Positions 51,643 through 63,096 of a stretch of 64,000 nt of DNA are shown here, in pieces. The translations under genes and the position numbers were made by a program. Position 1 is the stretch's first letter. Each line of letters starts with the position of its first letter. The notes beneath the pieces were generated by a model. It worked only from the letters and a program-made list of their open reading frames with translations, ran no database searches and was not told the origin of the DNA. The DNA is from Nitrospirota bacterium (GTDB lineage: Bacteria > Nitrospirota > Thermodesulfovibrionia > Thermodesulfovibrionales > Dissulfurispiraceae), in the NCBI GenBank assembly GCA_963790025.1, contig CAWBMP010000005.1:448001-512000 (forward strand). The letters are read 5' to 3'.

Positions 51643-52498
51643 TTATTCGCCCACTTCGGAAGGCACAGATTTTCCCGACAGCCAGTCAGTAATCGCGTTG
51701 ACAGCCTTATCCTCGACGCCAATATAACCGTGATGCGACATTGGGCCGCACGGATCTGTCATTCCCGAGGATTTTCCGGAGACTTTGGGACCGTCTTCGG
51801 GCGATGAGCCGCCGAGGACCTCGACGAAATCGACTTTAGGGCTGCCTTTCAATCGTCTTACGAGAGAAAAGGCTTCCCCTAATGGTGTTGACGAACACCC
51901 GTCGTTGTAATGATGCATCAAAAGCACGGGTATCGATATCTTTTCCAGAGGTAACCCTCCGATAAACTGAGATACCCATTGTCGATGTCAGGACAACGCC
52001 TTTTAGCGCCTCATCTTTCAGAACCGTGGCAAGATACGCCACAGAAATAGTCCCTCTGCTAGTCCCAACAAGAAAGAAGGAATCAAGCTTCTTTTCCTTT
52101 AAAGATTCGATAATCTTTCTGATGTCTTGGGCATGTTCTGACGATTCTCGGAAATTATCTGACATGCCATCTTCATGGTCAGAAGGCACATCTACGATCG
52201 CAACGATGAATCCTTTTTTGACGAATACCGGAGATGTTCTGACCAGAAAGTTTGCGCCGAGAGTAATATGTCCGTTATGAACTGAAAATTGTCCTTTTCC
52301 ATAACTCCCCGGGAAAATGAGAAGGGTCCCTTTCGGTGCTGTTTCGGGAGTTTGAATCATAACCCTGACAGTCACGCCAGGCCTGGTTTCAATTTTTTGA
52401 ATGCTCTGTTCAGCCTCAGCCGGATCTTTTAGTAGAAATGTGATAGTGACGGCAATGGCCAGAAGTAACAGATACCCTACGATCGATTTGCTTTTCAT
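51643..52498 (-). pseudogene. Secreted alpha/beta hydrolase, frameshifted
   Basis: GANFLVR, VGTSRGT nucleophile elbow in 51836..52498; continuation LEKISIPVLLMHH..D.C and HGYIG is in another frame; shift near 51965-51980. Confidence 0.75.
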
Positions 52499-52676
52499 TG
52501 TACGTTACATTATCTCTTAGAATATCTATATTAGGCAACGGGAAATATCAAGGGTCAGGCATACATCTGACAGATTCAATACTTGCATTCGTAAAGATTT
52601 CCGATCGAAACATACAGCCTCTGACAGCATGATAGCTATGCGGGTTACTGTGAGTAAGCGTGATACAAAAACCTTG

Positions 52677-52823
52677 CTATTCCATCGGTGATATATTTAT
52701 TTCAGAGTCGAATTTCCGAGAATTCACCGTAATCGACACATTATACATTTCCATCTCTTCCGAGGGAGAGGGTCTTAAGATATCCTTCGATGCAGTGTGG
52801 TCCGTAAATGCAGGATCAAGGAG
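52677..52823 (-). pseudogene. C-terminal fragment of SRAP (YedK/HMCES-like) protein
   Basis: Manual translation LLDPAFTDHTASKDILRPSPSEEMEMYNVSITVNSRKFDSEINISPME* resembles the WLDP..L.P..M..Y.VS..VNS..D..I.P tail. Confidence 0.6.
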
Positions 52824-52890
52824 GGGAAATTGCAGCTTATGCGCGAACCCATAACTGCGGGGTCCTGCAGGTCAACCTCAAGGCACCGAA

Positions 52891-55800
52891 TTAATTGGTA
52901 CTTTTATCCAGTACTTCCCTGATTTTTTCAGAAATATCTTTTGCCGAGACTGGTTTCGAAATAAAATGCAATCCATCTCTATCTATTTTTTTGTCCTTTA
53001 AAATGTCCTCTCCATGCCCGCTCATTAATATGACCTTTACGTCAGGTTGTATTCTCTGCATCTCCTGATATGCCTCTTTGCCGCCCTTGTTCGGCATTAT
53101 AACATCCATCAGCACAAGATCAATATTGTTGTGGTGTTCACTGAACTCATTCACAGCATCATTTCCGTCCTCCGCCTCTATTACCTTATACCCTAATTTT
53201 TTCAGCAGCGTTGTCAGTGCTATTCTTATAAATGCTTCATCCTCAACCAATAATATTGTCTCTGCCCCGCCTACCGGAGGAATGTTATCCATGGTCCTTT
53301 TCTCCGCTATTTCCGTATCAATGGCAGGCAAGTATAGCATGAACGTTGTGCCTTTGCCTGGTTCACTGTAAACATTTATATAGCCGTTGTGCTGTTTTAT
53401 TGTACCATAAACCATAGCAAGTCCAAGTCCTGTGCCTTTCCCTACCGCCTTTGTGGTAAAAAAGGGCTCGAATATCTTTTCCATTGTCTGCTCGTCCATT
53501 CCCATTCCTGTGTCCTCGACCGACAACAGGGCATATTTGCCCCGCTTTCCATATCCGTGCTTATTTATGAAGTTGTCGTTCATCTCATAAGATTCTGTTC
53601 TTAAGGTCAATGTGCCGCCTTCAGGCATGGCATCCCTTGCATTCGTTGCAAGGTTTATTAATACCTGTTCTATCTGCCCCACATCGGCATTTAACACGAC
53701 ATCCTTGTCGGAAAGTTTCAAGTTTAACTTTATGTCCTCTCCTATCACTCTCGATAGGAGTTTTCCTATCGTGCCGACTATATCATTGAGACTGGACGGT
53801 TTTATGTCTAGTACCTGTTTTCGGCTGAAAGCCATAAGGTTCTTTATAAGGGCTGCAGCTCTATCTGTAAGGGCCGGCAAATAACTCAGGCTCTCCCTTG
53901 CCGGATCGTCTTCTTTTATTTCCATTTGAAGGATAGTGGTAAATCCCATTATTGCACCCAAAACATTGTTAAGGTCGTGAGCAATACCTCCGGCAAGCTG
54001 TCCCACCGCTTCCATTTTTTGAGCATGCAGAAGCTGCGCTGCAAGCTTCTTCTGTTCAGTAATATCACGCATTATTCCCCTGTATGCCAAAATGGACCCT
54101 TTCTCATCTTTGACGACAGATGATGTTGATAAAACAATCAGTCTCTTTCCGTCCTTCCTTTTCATCTCAATCTGATAGTCTTTAACAAATCCGTTTTTAT
54201 TCAGCATCGTCTGAAACATCTTCCTGTCTTCCGAATCGACATAAAGGTCTCTGGCAAGTTCGATTTTAAGCAATTCTTCTTTAGAGGAATACCCGAACAG
54301 TTCAACGCCTGCCTGGTTAATACTTAAAAACCTTCCTTCAGGTGAGCTCATGAAGACAACATCTTTCGATTCCTCAAAAAGGCTGCGATACTTCTCTTCG
54401 GATTCCCTCAGAGCTTCTTCAGCTTTCCTGCGCTCGGTAACGTCATGAAAACTCCATACACGTCCTATCACATTGTCATTAAACCATTGGGGACGGGAAT
54501 ACCGCTCAAAAATGCTGCCGTCTTTGAGCTCAATAATATCAAAGCTGTCAGCTTCAGGTTGATTGTACAGTCTTGTAACCGCATCAAGAAAGCCTTGTGG
54601 GTCCTTTAACCGGTTCGAAGCATACTCCAACGTCCTCCGCTCGTCTCTTGATGCCATCACGTCATAAGGTATCTGCCACATCGTTATAAAAAGTTTGTTA
54701 AACTCCTCGATTTGTCCGTTTGTGTTTACAACCAGGATGCCATCTGCCGTTGATTCCAATGTCGTCTTCAAAAGTGAAGCTGAAAGTTCACAAGCCTCCT
54801 CTGCCTGCTTCCTTTCTGTAATATCACGAACGGTATGGACAATCTGTGAGGCTGCGCCGGCATTGTCCATGATAGGTGATGTTGAAATTGCCAGCCATCT
54901 ATTGAGAGACGGTTCTAATGTTTCCAAATATTCTTTGCGTCCGCTTTCCTTTGTTTTATTGAGAGGACACCCTGTTAGAGGACAATCCATAACATGGAAA
55001 AACTCGTAGCATTTTCCTCCTATCAACTCTTCCCTGGTCTTTCCCAGCATCTTACAGAGGGACTGATTAACGTTAATGATCGTATGATCGGCAGAGTGCA
55101 GGGAAACACCGTCCGCCATAGCATCGAATAAAGCCGACCAATCACGGGCGGCAGTCTTGGCCGCTTCTGCTGCCTGCTTTCGCAAGGTTATGTCGCGCGC
55201 CGACGCATAAATGAGATATTCATCCCCAATCCGAAAACCGGTTGCATTGATTTCGACGTCTACAACAGTTCCATCCTTCCTGCGATGTCGTGTTTCAAAT
55301 ACCTGTCCCTCTCTGACAAGTGAACTGATTTTTTGCAAAAGCTCGTCCGGACTCCACTGGGCGTCCCAATCCATGACCTTTAAGGAGCTTGCCTCCTGTT
55401 CCGAGTATCCCAGATGAGAAAGAAAGGCATTGTTGCACTCCCGCAAGACACCGTTCGCGTCCAAAATGTGAATTGCATCTTTTGATGTTTGCATAAGAAG
55501 CTTATAGCGCCGGCTCTGGTTAGCAAGTTCTTTCGTTCTTTGTTCCACTTGTGCTTCTATTTCAGCGGTCCTAGTTATGTTTTTCCGAAGATAGAGGACT
55601 ATTAGATAAGTAATGAGCATACCTGCAAACAAATCAAACCACGGACGCCACGTTTTTCGTGACTCAACGAATTCTGCGGTCGGTTTCACAACTATTTCGT
55701 ATTTTCTGCCGGCGAAACTGATTAATCTCGAAATGCCATTTTGCCTATTTACATTAACATTGTTGATATCAAGAACTTGTGCACCGGCCCCTGGTGAAGA

Positions 55801-56619
55801 AGGGACCATGGCGAGGATTTTGGTCTCCAATGCATCCGTTGTGTCATAAAGATAGATGTCAACACCCTCCGGGGTCAGTGCTTTGATTGCTTGTTTGATT
55901 GCGTCTCTAAATCGTATTACAGTCAGAGCAAATCCGCGGAACCCTTGTCCTGAATCACTTTCAAAGACAGGTAAGAATACAATCGTTCCGAATTCCTTTT
56001 CGGTTTCCTGCACAAGGATGATTCGGGATGTGGCAATTGTTTGGCCAGTCTGGCGCGACAAGTTCAAAGCGGAGTTGCGTACTTTATCAGAAGAGAGGTC
56101 GTACCCAAGCGCAGCTGTATTCCCCTTGAATGGCTCGACATAAAATACCGGGAAGTACTCGGCACGACGCGAGGCCTTAACCAGACGGCCTGCCTTACTT
56201 CGCTCAACAATTGTGTAATTGCTCAGACCATCTTTGCGCGCCGATGCCTCATATTTCTCACGTTGAGAGTCATTCACTAAAGGTATCCACTCGAGGGCAC
56301 GCAGGCCGGGCTGATAACGTAACAAAGGCTGAGTAAAGTTCCTGAATTGGCTGCGGTCAACGCCGGCTGAGGATTCATAGAAAGCCTTGAGCTGAGTGAG
56401 GGTTTCCAGGTAGTCATTAAATCGATAGGTGATAGCGTAAATCCGCTCATCCGCGATTTTCTCAAAAGCAGAATGTATTTTGCTTTGTTCGCTGCGAGAA
56501 GCTTCCAGGAACAGATAAGAAGATGCCAGGACTCCTATGATGATAGTCAGTATCAGGGGATACAAACGAACATTGGATTTAACCGCAGTTGTTTCCTGTG
56601 ATGGCCCTGACATATTCAT
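52891..56619 (-). CDS. Hybrid histidine kinase: CHASE-PASx4-HisKA-HATPase-REC
   Basis: [21 protein letters not shown] (CHASE); repeated RDITE PAC ends; [21 protein letters not shown]-terminal REC; start uncertain (56613-56655). Confidence 0.93.
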   Translation of the reverse strand: MNMSGPSQETTAVKSNVRLYPLILTIIIGVLASSYLFLEASRSEQSKIHSAFEKIADERIYAITYRFNDYLETLTQLKAFYESSAGVDRSQFRNFTQPLLRYQPGLRALEWIPLVNDSQREKYEASARKDGLSNYTIVERSKAGRLVKASRRAEYFPVFYVEPFKGNTAALGYDLSSDKVRNSALNLSRQTGQTIATSRIILVQETEKEFGTIVFLPVFESDSGQGFRGFALTVIRFRDAIKQAIKALTPEGVDIYLYDTTDALETKILAMVPSSPGAGAQVLDINNVNVNRQNGISRLISFAGRKYEIVVKPTAEFVESRKTWRPWFDLFAGMLITYLIVLYLRKNITRTAEIEAQVEQRTKELANQSRRYKLLMQTSKDAIHILDANGVLRECNNAFLSHLGYSEQEASSLKVMDWDAQWSPDELLQKISSLVREGQVFETRHRRKDGTVVDVEINATGFRIGDEYLIYASARDITLRKQAAEAAKTAARDWSALFDAMADGVSLHSADHTIINVNQSLCKMLGKTREELIGGKCYEFFHVMDCPLTGCPLNKTKESGRKEYLETLEPSLNRWLAISTSPIMDNAGAASQIVHTVRDITERKQAEEACELSASLLKTTLESTADGILVVNTNGQIEEFNKLFITMWQIPYDVMASRDERRTLEYASNRLKDPQGFLDAVTRLYNQPEADSFDIIELKDGSIFERYSRPQWFNDNVIGRVWSFHDVTERRKAEEALRESEEKYRSLFEESKDVVFMSSPEGRFLSINQAGVELFGYSSKEELLKIELARDLYVDSEDRKMFQTMLNKNGFVKDYQIEMKRKDGKRLIVLSTSSVVKDEKGSILAYRGIMRDITEQKKLAAQLLHAQKMEAVGQLAGGIAHDLNNVLGAIMGFTTILQMEIKEDDPARESLSYLPALTDRAAALIKNLMAFSRKQVLDIKPSSLNDIVGTIGKLLSRVIGEDIKLNLKLSDKDVVLNADVGQIEQVLINLATNARDAMPEGGTLTLRTESYEMNDNFINKHGYGKRGKYALLSVEDTGMGMDEQTMEKIFEPFFTTKAVGKGTGLGLAMVYGTIKQHNGYINVYSEPGKGTTFMLYLPAIDTEIAEKRTMDNIPPVGGAETILLVEDEAFIRIALTTLLKKLGYKVIEAEDGNDAVNEFSEHHNNIDLVLMDVIMPNKGGKEAYQEMQRIQPDVKVILMSGHGEDILKDKKIDRDGLHFISKPVSAKDISEKIREVLDKSTN

Positions 56620-56718
56620 TGTCTCATAAGTCCTGTTATCTTTGAGCAGCCGCAATTAACATTTATCTTCGCCTGGTCGCTTATATGCGCCACGAAACAA
56701 CTGTTATTATACCTAAAA

Positions 56719-57714
56719 TCACTGTCTCTCCGTGACAGGGGTCCACGTCTTGTCGGGATCGTATGATTTCATATCACGGGCGATCTTAGTCGTGTTCGGA
56801 CCAAGGTTTTTTTGGTAGACCTTCCCCTGCTGATTGACGATAAAAGTCATTACCCCTGACTTGCCCCAGTTTGATGGAAAAGCGACAAGGCCGAAGCCGG
56901 CTACCATATTGCCATTGATGACGTAATTGTATTTCCCGCCGGGTGCATATTTACCCTGCCTTGTCAATATCCTGAAGTAGTAGCCGTGAAAAGGGACCGG
57001 TTGTTCCTTGAATAGGGACTTTCCTTTCTTGTAGCCCTCCATCCTGGCCTGTGCTACGAATTCACCCAGGGGGCTCAATTCCTCGCCCGGCGCCGCCTTC
57101 CAGAAGAGGCCGTTTTTCCTGCCTGGATCGCTGCGAAGTTTCTGTGCATAAGCAAGTACCCCGTTGCCGCTCCAGTCCTTAAGGCCATACTCGCGTTGGG
57201 CCTTGACGTATGTCCGGCAGACCAGTATGGTAGTGAGTTCGTCTTCCCCGATCCGTCTGTTAAGGATTTCCTCCTTGCCGGCCACGGTATCAAAAAACCA
57301 TTGGTCATCATTTCTTACGATTGGAATAGGAAAGGGCCAGTTATCGTTTCCTACGTGAAGGACCACCTTTGAATCATTCTCTTTAACGAGTTCGGTTCTC
57401 TCTGCGAGGTGCTTGGCAAACTGCTCGAATTCAGTGGCTGCCTGTACCTCGTCGCCGGAACGAAGCTCTTTGGCTGCCGGCCCGAATATCTGGTCGAGTG
57501 CAACCCTGTCTTTTGCCTTGACGGCCTGAACGAGGGCCTGCAGGGCATCTTCAGGTGAGGAGAAGAGTTTTTCCGATGCCGCTCCAACATACGGTAGCCT
57601 CCAGATAATAACTAATGATGCAGCTGCCAAAATCAGGGAGATAAAAACCATACTCCGCGAACGAAATACGGATTGCAGATTCATCTTCATAGTTTCCTTC
57701 CTTTCTTTATTCAT
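56719..57714 (-). CDS. DUF2950 family protein
   Basis: WPFPIP, EEILNRRIG, PFHGYYFRIL, SGVMTFIVNQQG; start may be 57690. Confidence 0.85.
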   Translation of the reverse strand: MNKERKETMKMNLQSVFRSRSMVFISLILAAASLVIIWRLPYVGAASEKLFSSPEDALQALVQAVKAKDRVALDQIFGPAAKELRSGDEVQAATEFEQFAKHLAERTELVKENDSKVVLHVGNDNWPFPIPIVRNDDQWFFDTVAGKEEILNRRIGEDELTTILVCRTYVKAQREYGLKDWSGNGVLAYAQKLRSDPGRKNGLFWKAAPGEELSPLGEFVAQARMEGYKKGKSLFKEQPVPFHGYYFRILTRQGKYAPGGKYNYVINGNMVAGFGLVAFPSNWGKSGVMTFIVNQQGKVYQKNLGPNTTKIARDMKSYDPDKTWTPVTERQ

Positions 57715-58871
57715 TTACGACCGCCTCTGCCTGCTGGTGCAGCGGCGGGGCGTGCCGGCGCGCTGCTCTGGCGGCTGGCCTGACCGCGCATGCTCTCTGT
57801 CCTGGCCTCGTTAGCTCCCCTGTAACCGCCAAATACACCAGATGGCTCCCTTGGCGGGGTGGCTCTCGGGGTGGCGGCGACTGGAGGCTGCGTTTCAGGC
57901 CGGCGGCTGATGGCTGCAGGCGGTTGTGCAGCATGCGGCTGGGCCGTGCCGAGACTTTCCCTGCCGCGAATGCTGAATGTTCTGACATCGGCCGCAGATC
58001 CGGACATCCCGAACGCTCCACCCGAAGGAGTTGCCGGTGTTGTGGTCCCCCGACCCCTGACTTCAAACGGATGAATGTTCCCACGATTCATCGGGATGCT
58101 ATGTTGGGCCACGAACCTTTCCGGGTCGCCATGTGCCGGATCATGCCGCCATGTCTGATTTAAGTAAGGCCTGCTGTTATTGACGTAAACATTTGTTATG
58201 TGAACATAGGGCCTTGAATGATCGACCCAGCCGGGGCGGTTCCATCCATGATAGAACACGTGATGGTTACGCCAGTCAAAGTCCAGGCCCAGCCAATCGC
58301 CGATTGCCAGACCAACCCCAAAGGTAATGAAAGGGACCATGCCGGGCGTCCACCTTTGGGTATATACAAACGCAGGGTCATACTGAGGCACATACATATA
58401 TTGAGGTTGTGCCGGCTCGATTTGTATGTCATCTCCGTCAGTGATTACTCCCTGATCATTGTTACTCACCAGGTTCCCGGCATCCCGTGCCTGCCACCGG
58501 AGCCGCTGAATTGACTTTGTCACATCTTCCGGCTGGTTCAGAAAGGCATCGCCGAGATCGGAAGTCCAAACCATATTGTCGGCCATCGTGTAGAGAACGT
58601 CGGGATAGCGGGCGATTGCCTTGACGCTTTCGGCCCAGTTTTGTTGATCGATTTGCGATATTTGCCCGCCTCCTCTCAGCCATGCTGCTGCATCGGCCAC
58701 CTCGCCCGGATATGTTGAGGCCGGAAGCATCTGGGCCAGCAGAGGGTCAGGGTAAAGCGCGATTGGTGCAAGGAGGGCATCAATCTCATTGTCAGTGAAT
58801 GCATATGCCGGGAGCGTTGAAAGGAAAACAACGAGTATAACCAGCAGACTTTTTATGCAGTTCCTAGACAT
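57711..58871 (-). CDS. DUF3300 family protein
   Basis: LLAPIALYPDPLLAQMLPASTYP, LGDAFLNQ, YVPQYDP; typical partner of DUF2950. Confidence 0.88.
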   Translation of the reverse strand: MSRNCIKSLLVILVVFLSTLPAYAFTDNEIDALLAPIALYPDPLLAQMLPASTYPGEVADAAAWLRGGGQISQIDQQNWAESVKAIARYPDVLYTMADNMVWTSDLGDAFLNQPEDVTKSIQRLRWQARDAGNLVSNNDQGVITDGDDIQIEPAQPQYMYVPQYDPAFVYTQRWTPGMVPFITFGVGLAIGDWLGLDFDWRNHHVFYHGWNRPGWVDHSRPYVHITNVYVNNSRPYLNQTWRHDPAHGDPERFVAQHSIPMNRGNIHPFEVRGRGTTTPATPSGGAFGMSGSAADVRTFSIRGRESLGTAQPHAAQPPAAISRRPETQPPVAATPRATPPREPSGVFGGYRGANEARTESMRGQASRQSSAPARPAAAPAGRGGRK

Positions 58872-58994
58872 AAGCGTAAATCCTTCCCCCATTTGCTTTG
58901 GAAGCACTCAAATATACCGGACTATTGTTTACCATAGCAATAGTTTTTATTATATTATCACGGTATTGTAAAAGCAATTATGCCTGCACAGACC

Positions 58995-59654
58995 CTAAAA
59001 TTGGTTCTTCCGCAGAGTTGCATTTTCCGGAAATGACGCTTTGCTTATCTTTCTCGTATCTGTTCCGCGGTAATTCCCTGCTCTCAGGAGGGCGATAAAA
59101 TTTTCGGGAGTCACTCGGTCAGAGAATTCCGTATAACACAGGCCTACGCCCCTGGAGTCGTGGGCATCTGAGCCGCCCGTATAGGGCAAACGTAAAGCTG
59201 TTGCGGTTTTAATGGCCTGCATATTAAAAGAATAAATATTACAGCCATTGTGGCCCTCGACGGCGCATAGGCCATCTATCCTCTTTATGACATCACCAAG
59301 GCTGTTAATTCCCCGGTATGGATGCGCTGGAATGACCACGCCTCCGTGTCGATTCACAGTTCGTAAAATTTCCGTTATGGGCAAATGCTTTGAAAGCAGG
59401 TTGTCTGTATTGACCCCGAAGATCAAACAGTGCCCTTCCTCGGCAGAAAACTCAACGCCGCGAAACACGAGGACCTGTTCCTTGTATCTTTCCCGCAGCA
59501 CTTCGACAGGCTCCGAAGCCTCATAGGAATAATGTTCGGTGAAAGCTATTCCATGCAGTCCAATCTTTATGGCTTGCAGAATCAATTCTTCAGGGTCTGC
59601 ATCGGAGTCTCCACTTGCCCACGAGTGAACATGAACGTCTACATTGAATCCCAT
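58995..59654 (-). CDS. PHP-domain phosphoesterase
   Basis: DVHVHS, FTEH, GVE..GH, AHP, GGSDAH. Confidence 0.92.
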   Translation of the reverse strand: MGFNVDVHVHSWASGDSDADPEELILQAIKIGLHGIAFTEHYSYEASEPVEVLRERYKEQVLVFRGVEFSAEEGHCLIFGVNTDNLLSKHLPITEILRTVNRHGGVVIPAHPYRGINSLGDVIKRIDGLCAVEGHNGCNIYSFNMQAIKTATALRLPYTGGSDAHDSRGVGLCYTEFSDRVTPENFIALLRAGNYRGTDTRKISKASFPENATLRKNQF

Positions 59655-59769
59655 TATTTAAATAATACACCAGAGGTAAAGGAAAAGGTAAATGATATTA
59701 CAAAAGTGCTTTACGACGTAATTATCTTGAAACTGTTATTGTATTGTCATATAATCAATACTATAAAGG

Positions 59770-60981
59770 ATGACTATGGATATATATATTGCGCGACAGC
59801 CTATCCTGGACAGAAACAAAGCACTGTTTGCATATGAATTGCTCTTTCGGGACGGGTTGTCCAATTATTTTCCGGAAATAGACGGCGATACCGCTACTTC
59901 AAAAGTACTTTCCGGCAGTTTTCTGACTATGGGCATCAATAATATTACCGGAGGGAAAAAGGCATTCGTTAATTTTACGGAGAACCTTTTAACGTCAGAT
60001 ATTCCTTTTATGTTTTCGCGCGAGTCAACCGTGGTGGAAATCCTGGAAGACGTCATCCCGAGTAAGCATGTTTTGGAATCTTGCAGAAAATTATCTTCAG
60101 CCGGGTATTGTTTGGCCCTTGATGACTTTCTTTTCAATACTGGAAGACAATCGTTCATGAATCTTGTAAACATTGTTAAAATAGATTTCCGCTCGATACC
60201 TATGGACGAGATAAAAAAAATGATGACTAATGCCGAACTTGGTGGAATAAAGTTTCTTGCGGAGAAAATCGAAACAAATGAAGAGTTCAGGGCGGCGTTC
60301 GATATGGGCTTTGAATATTTTCAGGGCTACTTCTTCAGCGAGCCTGAGGTCATGAGGGGTAAGGAACTCGGCAGCACCACCATACAGATACTGGACCTGA
60401 TTGTTGAAGTGAACAAGGAGACTGCCGACCTGGACAAACTCAACGATATCATTGAGCGTGATGTTTCTCTTTCATACAAACTTCTCCGATATGTCAACTC
60501 AGCTTGCATGAAAAGGAGGACCGAAATCTCTTCGATAAGGAAGGCCATAATGATTATAGGTCTTGATGAGTTGAAGAAGTTGGTCTCATTGATCTCGCTG
60601 TCCAAGGTCGCTGTGGATAAACCTGACGAGCTGATTAAAAGATCGTGCATAAAGGCGAGGTTTTGTGAAAAACTGGGCCATGAAAGCGCCAGCCAGATAA
60701 AAAACGTACTGTTCCTGCTCGGGCTTTTTGCTCATATAGATGGCATACTGGACCAACCGATGAAAGAGATCATGGAAAAAATACCCATCTCAAAGATCAT
60801 CGTGGATGCATTGGTGAATGGCGTTGGAGAGGCGATACCTTATTTAAGGCTGGCTGAATGTTATGAAATGGGGGAGTGGGAGGACGTTAAGAAATATGCC
60901 GCTCAAACCTGTGTAGATGAGGGCGTGATCCCGGTCCTTTATGTTGAGGCCTGCAAATGGGCCGACGAATTTACGCTTTAG
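59770..60981 (+). CDS. EAL-HDOD domain protein (YuxH-like)
   Basis: IARQPI..YELLFR, LALDDF, LAEKIET, FQGYFF, LSYKLLRYVNS. Confidence 0.93.
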   Translation: MTMDIYIARQPILDRNKALFAYELLFRDGLSNYFPEIDGDTATSKVLSGSFLTMGINNITGGKKAFVNFTENLLTSDIPFMFSRESTVVEILEDVIPSKHVLESCRKLSSAGYCLALDDFLFNTGRQSFMNLVNIVKIDFRSIPMDEIKKMMTNAELGGIKFLAEKIETNEEFRAAFDMGFEYFQGYFFSEPEVMRGKELGSTTIQILDLIVEVNKETADLDKLNDIIERDVSLSYKLLRYVNSACMKRRTEISSIRKAIMIIGLDELKKLVSLISLSKVAVDKPDELIKRSCIKARFCEKLGHESASQIKNVLFLLGLFAHIDGILDQPMKEIMEKIPISKIIVDALVNGVGEAIPYLRLAECYEMGEWEDVKKYAAQTCVDEGVIPVLYVEACKWADEFTL

Positions 60982-61405
60982 ACCGGTCTTCGGTCTCAAT
61001 TTGCTCGTTGAGATTAAGGTTCCGGCGTATTGCGATGACTTTTTCAATAGCCTCTCTGACGACCCGACGCACCTCGTCAAGCTGAAATGGTTTTGACACG
61101 CAGTAAAAAACTTCATGTTTAATGCTTTCGGCAACAAAATTGAGCGATCCATAGCCGGTGATCATGATTACCTGTGTATCAGGATGAAGTTCCCGACTGC
61201 ACGTCAATATTTCTATTCCGTCGACTTTTTCCATTTTTAAGTCCGTAAGCACCACATCGAAATGCTGTTCATAGAGCAGTTTAAGCGCGTTTTGTCCGCT
61301 CTGGGTGGCCGTGACGCTGTACCCTTCCTTTTTCATCACATGTTCGAGGTTGTTAAGTGCTATTTTTTCATCGTCAACTATCAATATTTTTGCATTGTTA
61401 TGCAT
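60971..61405 (-). CDS. Stand-alone receiver protein; truncated duplicate of the sigma-54 regulator at 39771..41141
   Basis: Nearly identical REC sequence (MHNNAKILIVDDEKIAL...), diverging after QIET; no AAA+ domain. Confidence 0.85.
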   Translation of the reverse strand: MHNNAKILIVDDEKIALNNLEHVMKKEGYSVTATQSGQNALKLLYEQHFDVVLTDLKMEKVDGIEILTCSRELHPDTQVIMITGYGSLNFVAESIKHEVFYCVSKPFQLDEVRRVVREAIEKVIAIRRNLNLNEQIETEDRSKA

Positions 61406-61429
61406 TATTTTTGCTCCCTTCCTAAAAGC

Positions 61430-61499
61430 AGGTAGAGGCAAAGGCAGAGGTTAAGAAAAAAAAGGAATTAGTTTTTGTTCTTAACCTATACCTGTACCT
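61430..61499. repeat. Hexamer tandem-repeat palindrome at kinase stop
   Basis: AGGTAG/AGGCAA/AGGCAG/AGGTTA versus TAACCT/ATACCT/GTACCT; one arm encodes the kinase tail GTGIG*. Confidence 0.75.
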
Positions 61500-63004
61500 T
61501 TGTTTGTATCTTTTGGTATGGGCAGGCGAATTAGAAATGTGGTACCGCTGCCTACACGGCTATCGACCGCAATGCAGCCGTCGTGTTCTAAAATAATTTC
61601 ATGTACAATGGACAACCCCAGCCCGGAACCCTGACCTACATCCTTTGTAGTGAAGAAGGGGTCAAACACCTTTGGCAGTATATCAGCGGGTATGCCAGGT
61701 CCGGTGTCCGATATTTCTATGTCAACGGTATCTTCCTCAAGAGTGCACTTGCCGTGGTATTTCAGGTAATTGTATATCTCCGGCTCCTCTTCTTCCAGTT
61801 TCTCTATTGCGCTCCGCTGCTGCGCCTTGATATAAAGTATACCCTCATCGAACATAGCTTGAAGGGCATTCTTGATAAGGTTAAGAAACACCTGCTGGAT
61901 ACGCTGTTTATCGGCGAATATCACTACGTTGTCCGGCACGCTGACTTCAATCCCGACCTTTGTGGGTACCTGCCCTTTTAGAAAACGTATAGTTTCGTCT
62001 ATAAGTATCTTAAGCGGCAGCAGCTCTTTTTTGAAGTCCTTTTTTCGTGAGAATTCAAGCAGCGACCTGACGATATTCCTTGCTCTGTCGGTCTGATCGT
62101 CGATTTGTAATAGCAGTTCCTTCTTGTACTCCATATCATCTTCCCCGATCTCTTCAGTTAAAATCTGGCAGGAGGATGAGATATTTGAAAGAGGGTTGTT
62201 GAGTTCATGCGCCACGCCCGACAGAAGGGTACCCAGCGACGCCAGCTTCTCTGTCTGGATAAGATGCCGCTGCCTCAGTTCAAGTTCCTTGAGCATTTTA
62301 TTGACGGCATTAGTAAGAGAGACAATCTCCCTGTCTTTTGAATCAATGTGTATAATGTCAAACCGCCCATCTGCGATGATCTCCATACTTTCTTCCAGCG
62401 ATTTGAGGGGCCTGATCACCATCCTGGACAGGATATGTCCGACGACAATGCCGAGCAAGGAAAGGAAGATGATCGAAAAAATCAGCACGCTTTGAGAATT
62501 GTAAAGCTGAACCTGCAGGTTCTTCCTCTCGATCCTGACGATGCCCTCAGTTATGTTCACAATTTCTTTGCCCAGTTTTCTGATTTTTCCATCAAGAATT
62601 TCCTTATTAGGCAATGTGCCTGTTTCGGGTTTGGCATATTGCTTCATGAGGTCCTTGTATTCCCTGATATTCTGCAGCAGCATCGAGGTTTGCATAGGAC
62701 TGGCAACGGAATTGAATTCCGTCAGATTTTCTTCAAGGGATTTCTGTGCCTCACCGACATAATTGAGGTTCTCCTGATAATCGGATTCCTGCTTATAGAG
62801 AAAAAAGTTTTTCTCAAAGCGTCTCATTTCCAGTGTAGTATTGAAAAATTCGGCAATGGTTTTACCGAAAAGGATTTTTTTTTCAATAAACCTGAGCTCG
62901 ATAAAGGAAAAAACAGAAAGCGCGATTATTATAGGAACAATTGCATAATACCCGAATGTGATTTTTTGCCTGATGCTCGGGCGATATTTGAATTTCTTCA
63001 GCAT
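61481..63004 (-). CDS. Membrane sensor histidine kinase with HAMP domain (NtrB/ZraS type)
   Basis: EKLASLG..GVAHELNNPL, NLIKNA, DTGPGI, FDPFFTTK..GSGLGL; TTGCTT-17-TAGATT-6 nt-ATG. Confidence 0.95.
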   Translation of the reverse strand: MLKKFKYRPSIRQKITFGYYAIVPIIIALSVFSFIELRFIEKKILFGKTIAEFFNTTLEMRRFEKNFFLYKQESDYQENLNYVGEAQKSLEENLTEFNSVASPMQTSMLLQNIREYKDLMKQYAKPETGTLPNKEILDGKIRKLGKEIVNITEGIVRIERKNLQVQLYNSQSVLIFSIIFLSLLGIVVGHILSRMVIRPLKSLEESMEIIADGRFDIIHIDSKDREIVSLTNAVNKMLKELELRQRHLIQTEKLASLGTLLSGVAHELNNPLSNISSSCQILTEEIGEDDMEYKKELLLQIDDQTDRARNIVRSLLEFSRKKDFKKELLPLKILIDETIRFLKGQVPTKVGIEVSVPDNVVIFADKQRIQQVFLNLIKNALQAMFDEGILYIKAQQRSAIEKLEEEEPEIYNYLKYHGKCTLEEDTVDIEISDTGPGIPADILPKVFDPFFTTKDVGQGSGLGLSIVHEIILEHDGCIAVDSRVGSGTTFLIRLPIPKDTNKGTGIG

Positions 63005-63096
63005 TATTTCAATCTAACACACCACTATCGCAAAAGCAACGGCAGCCGAATATTTCGTACCTATTCCCCAATTTGCCGATTCAGCTATATACCGAT

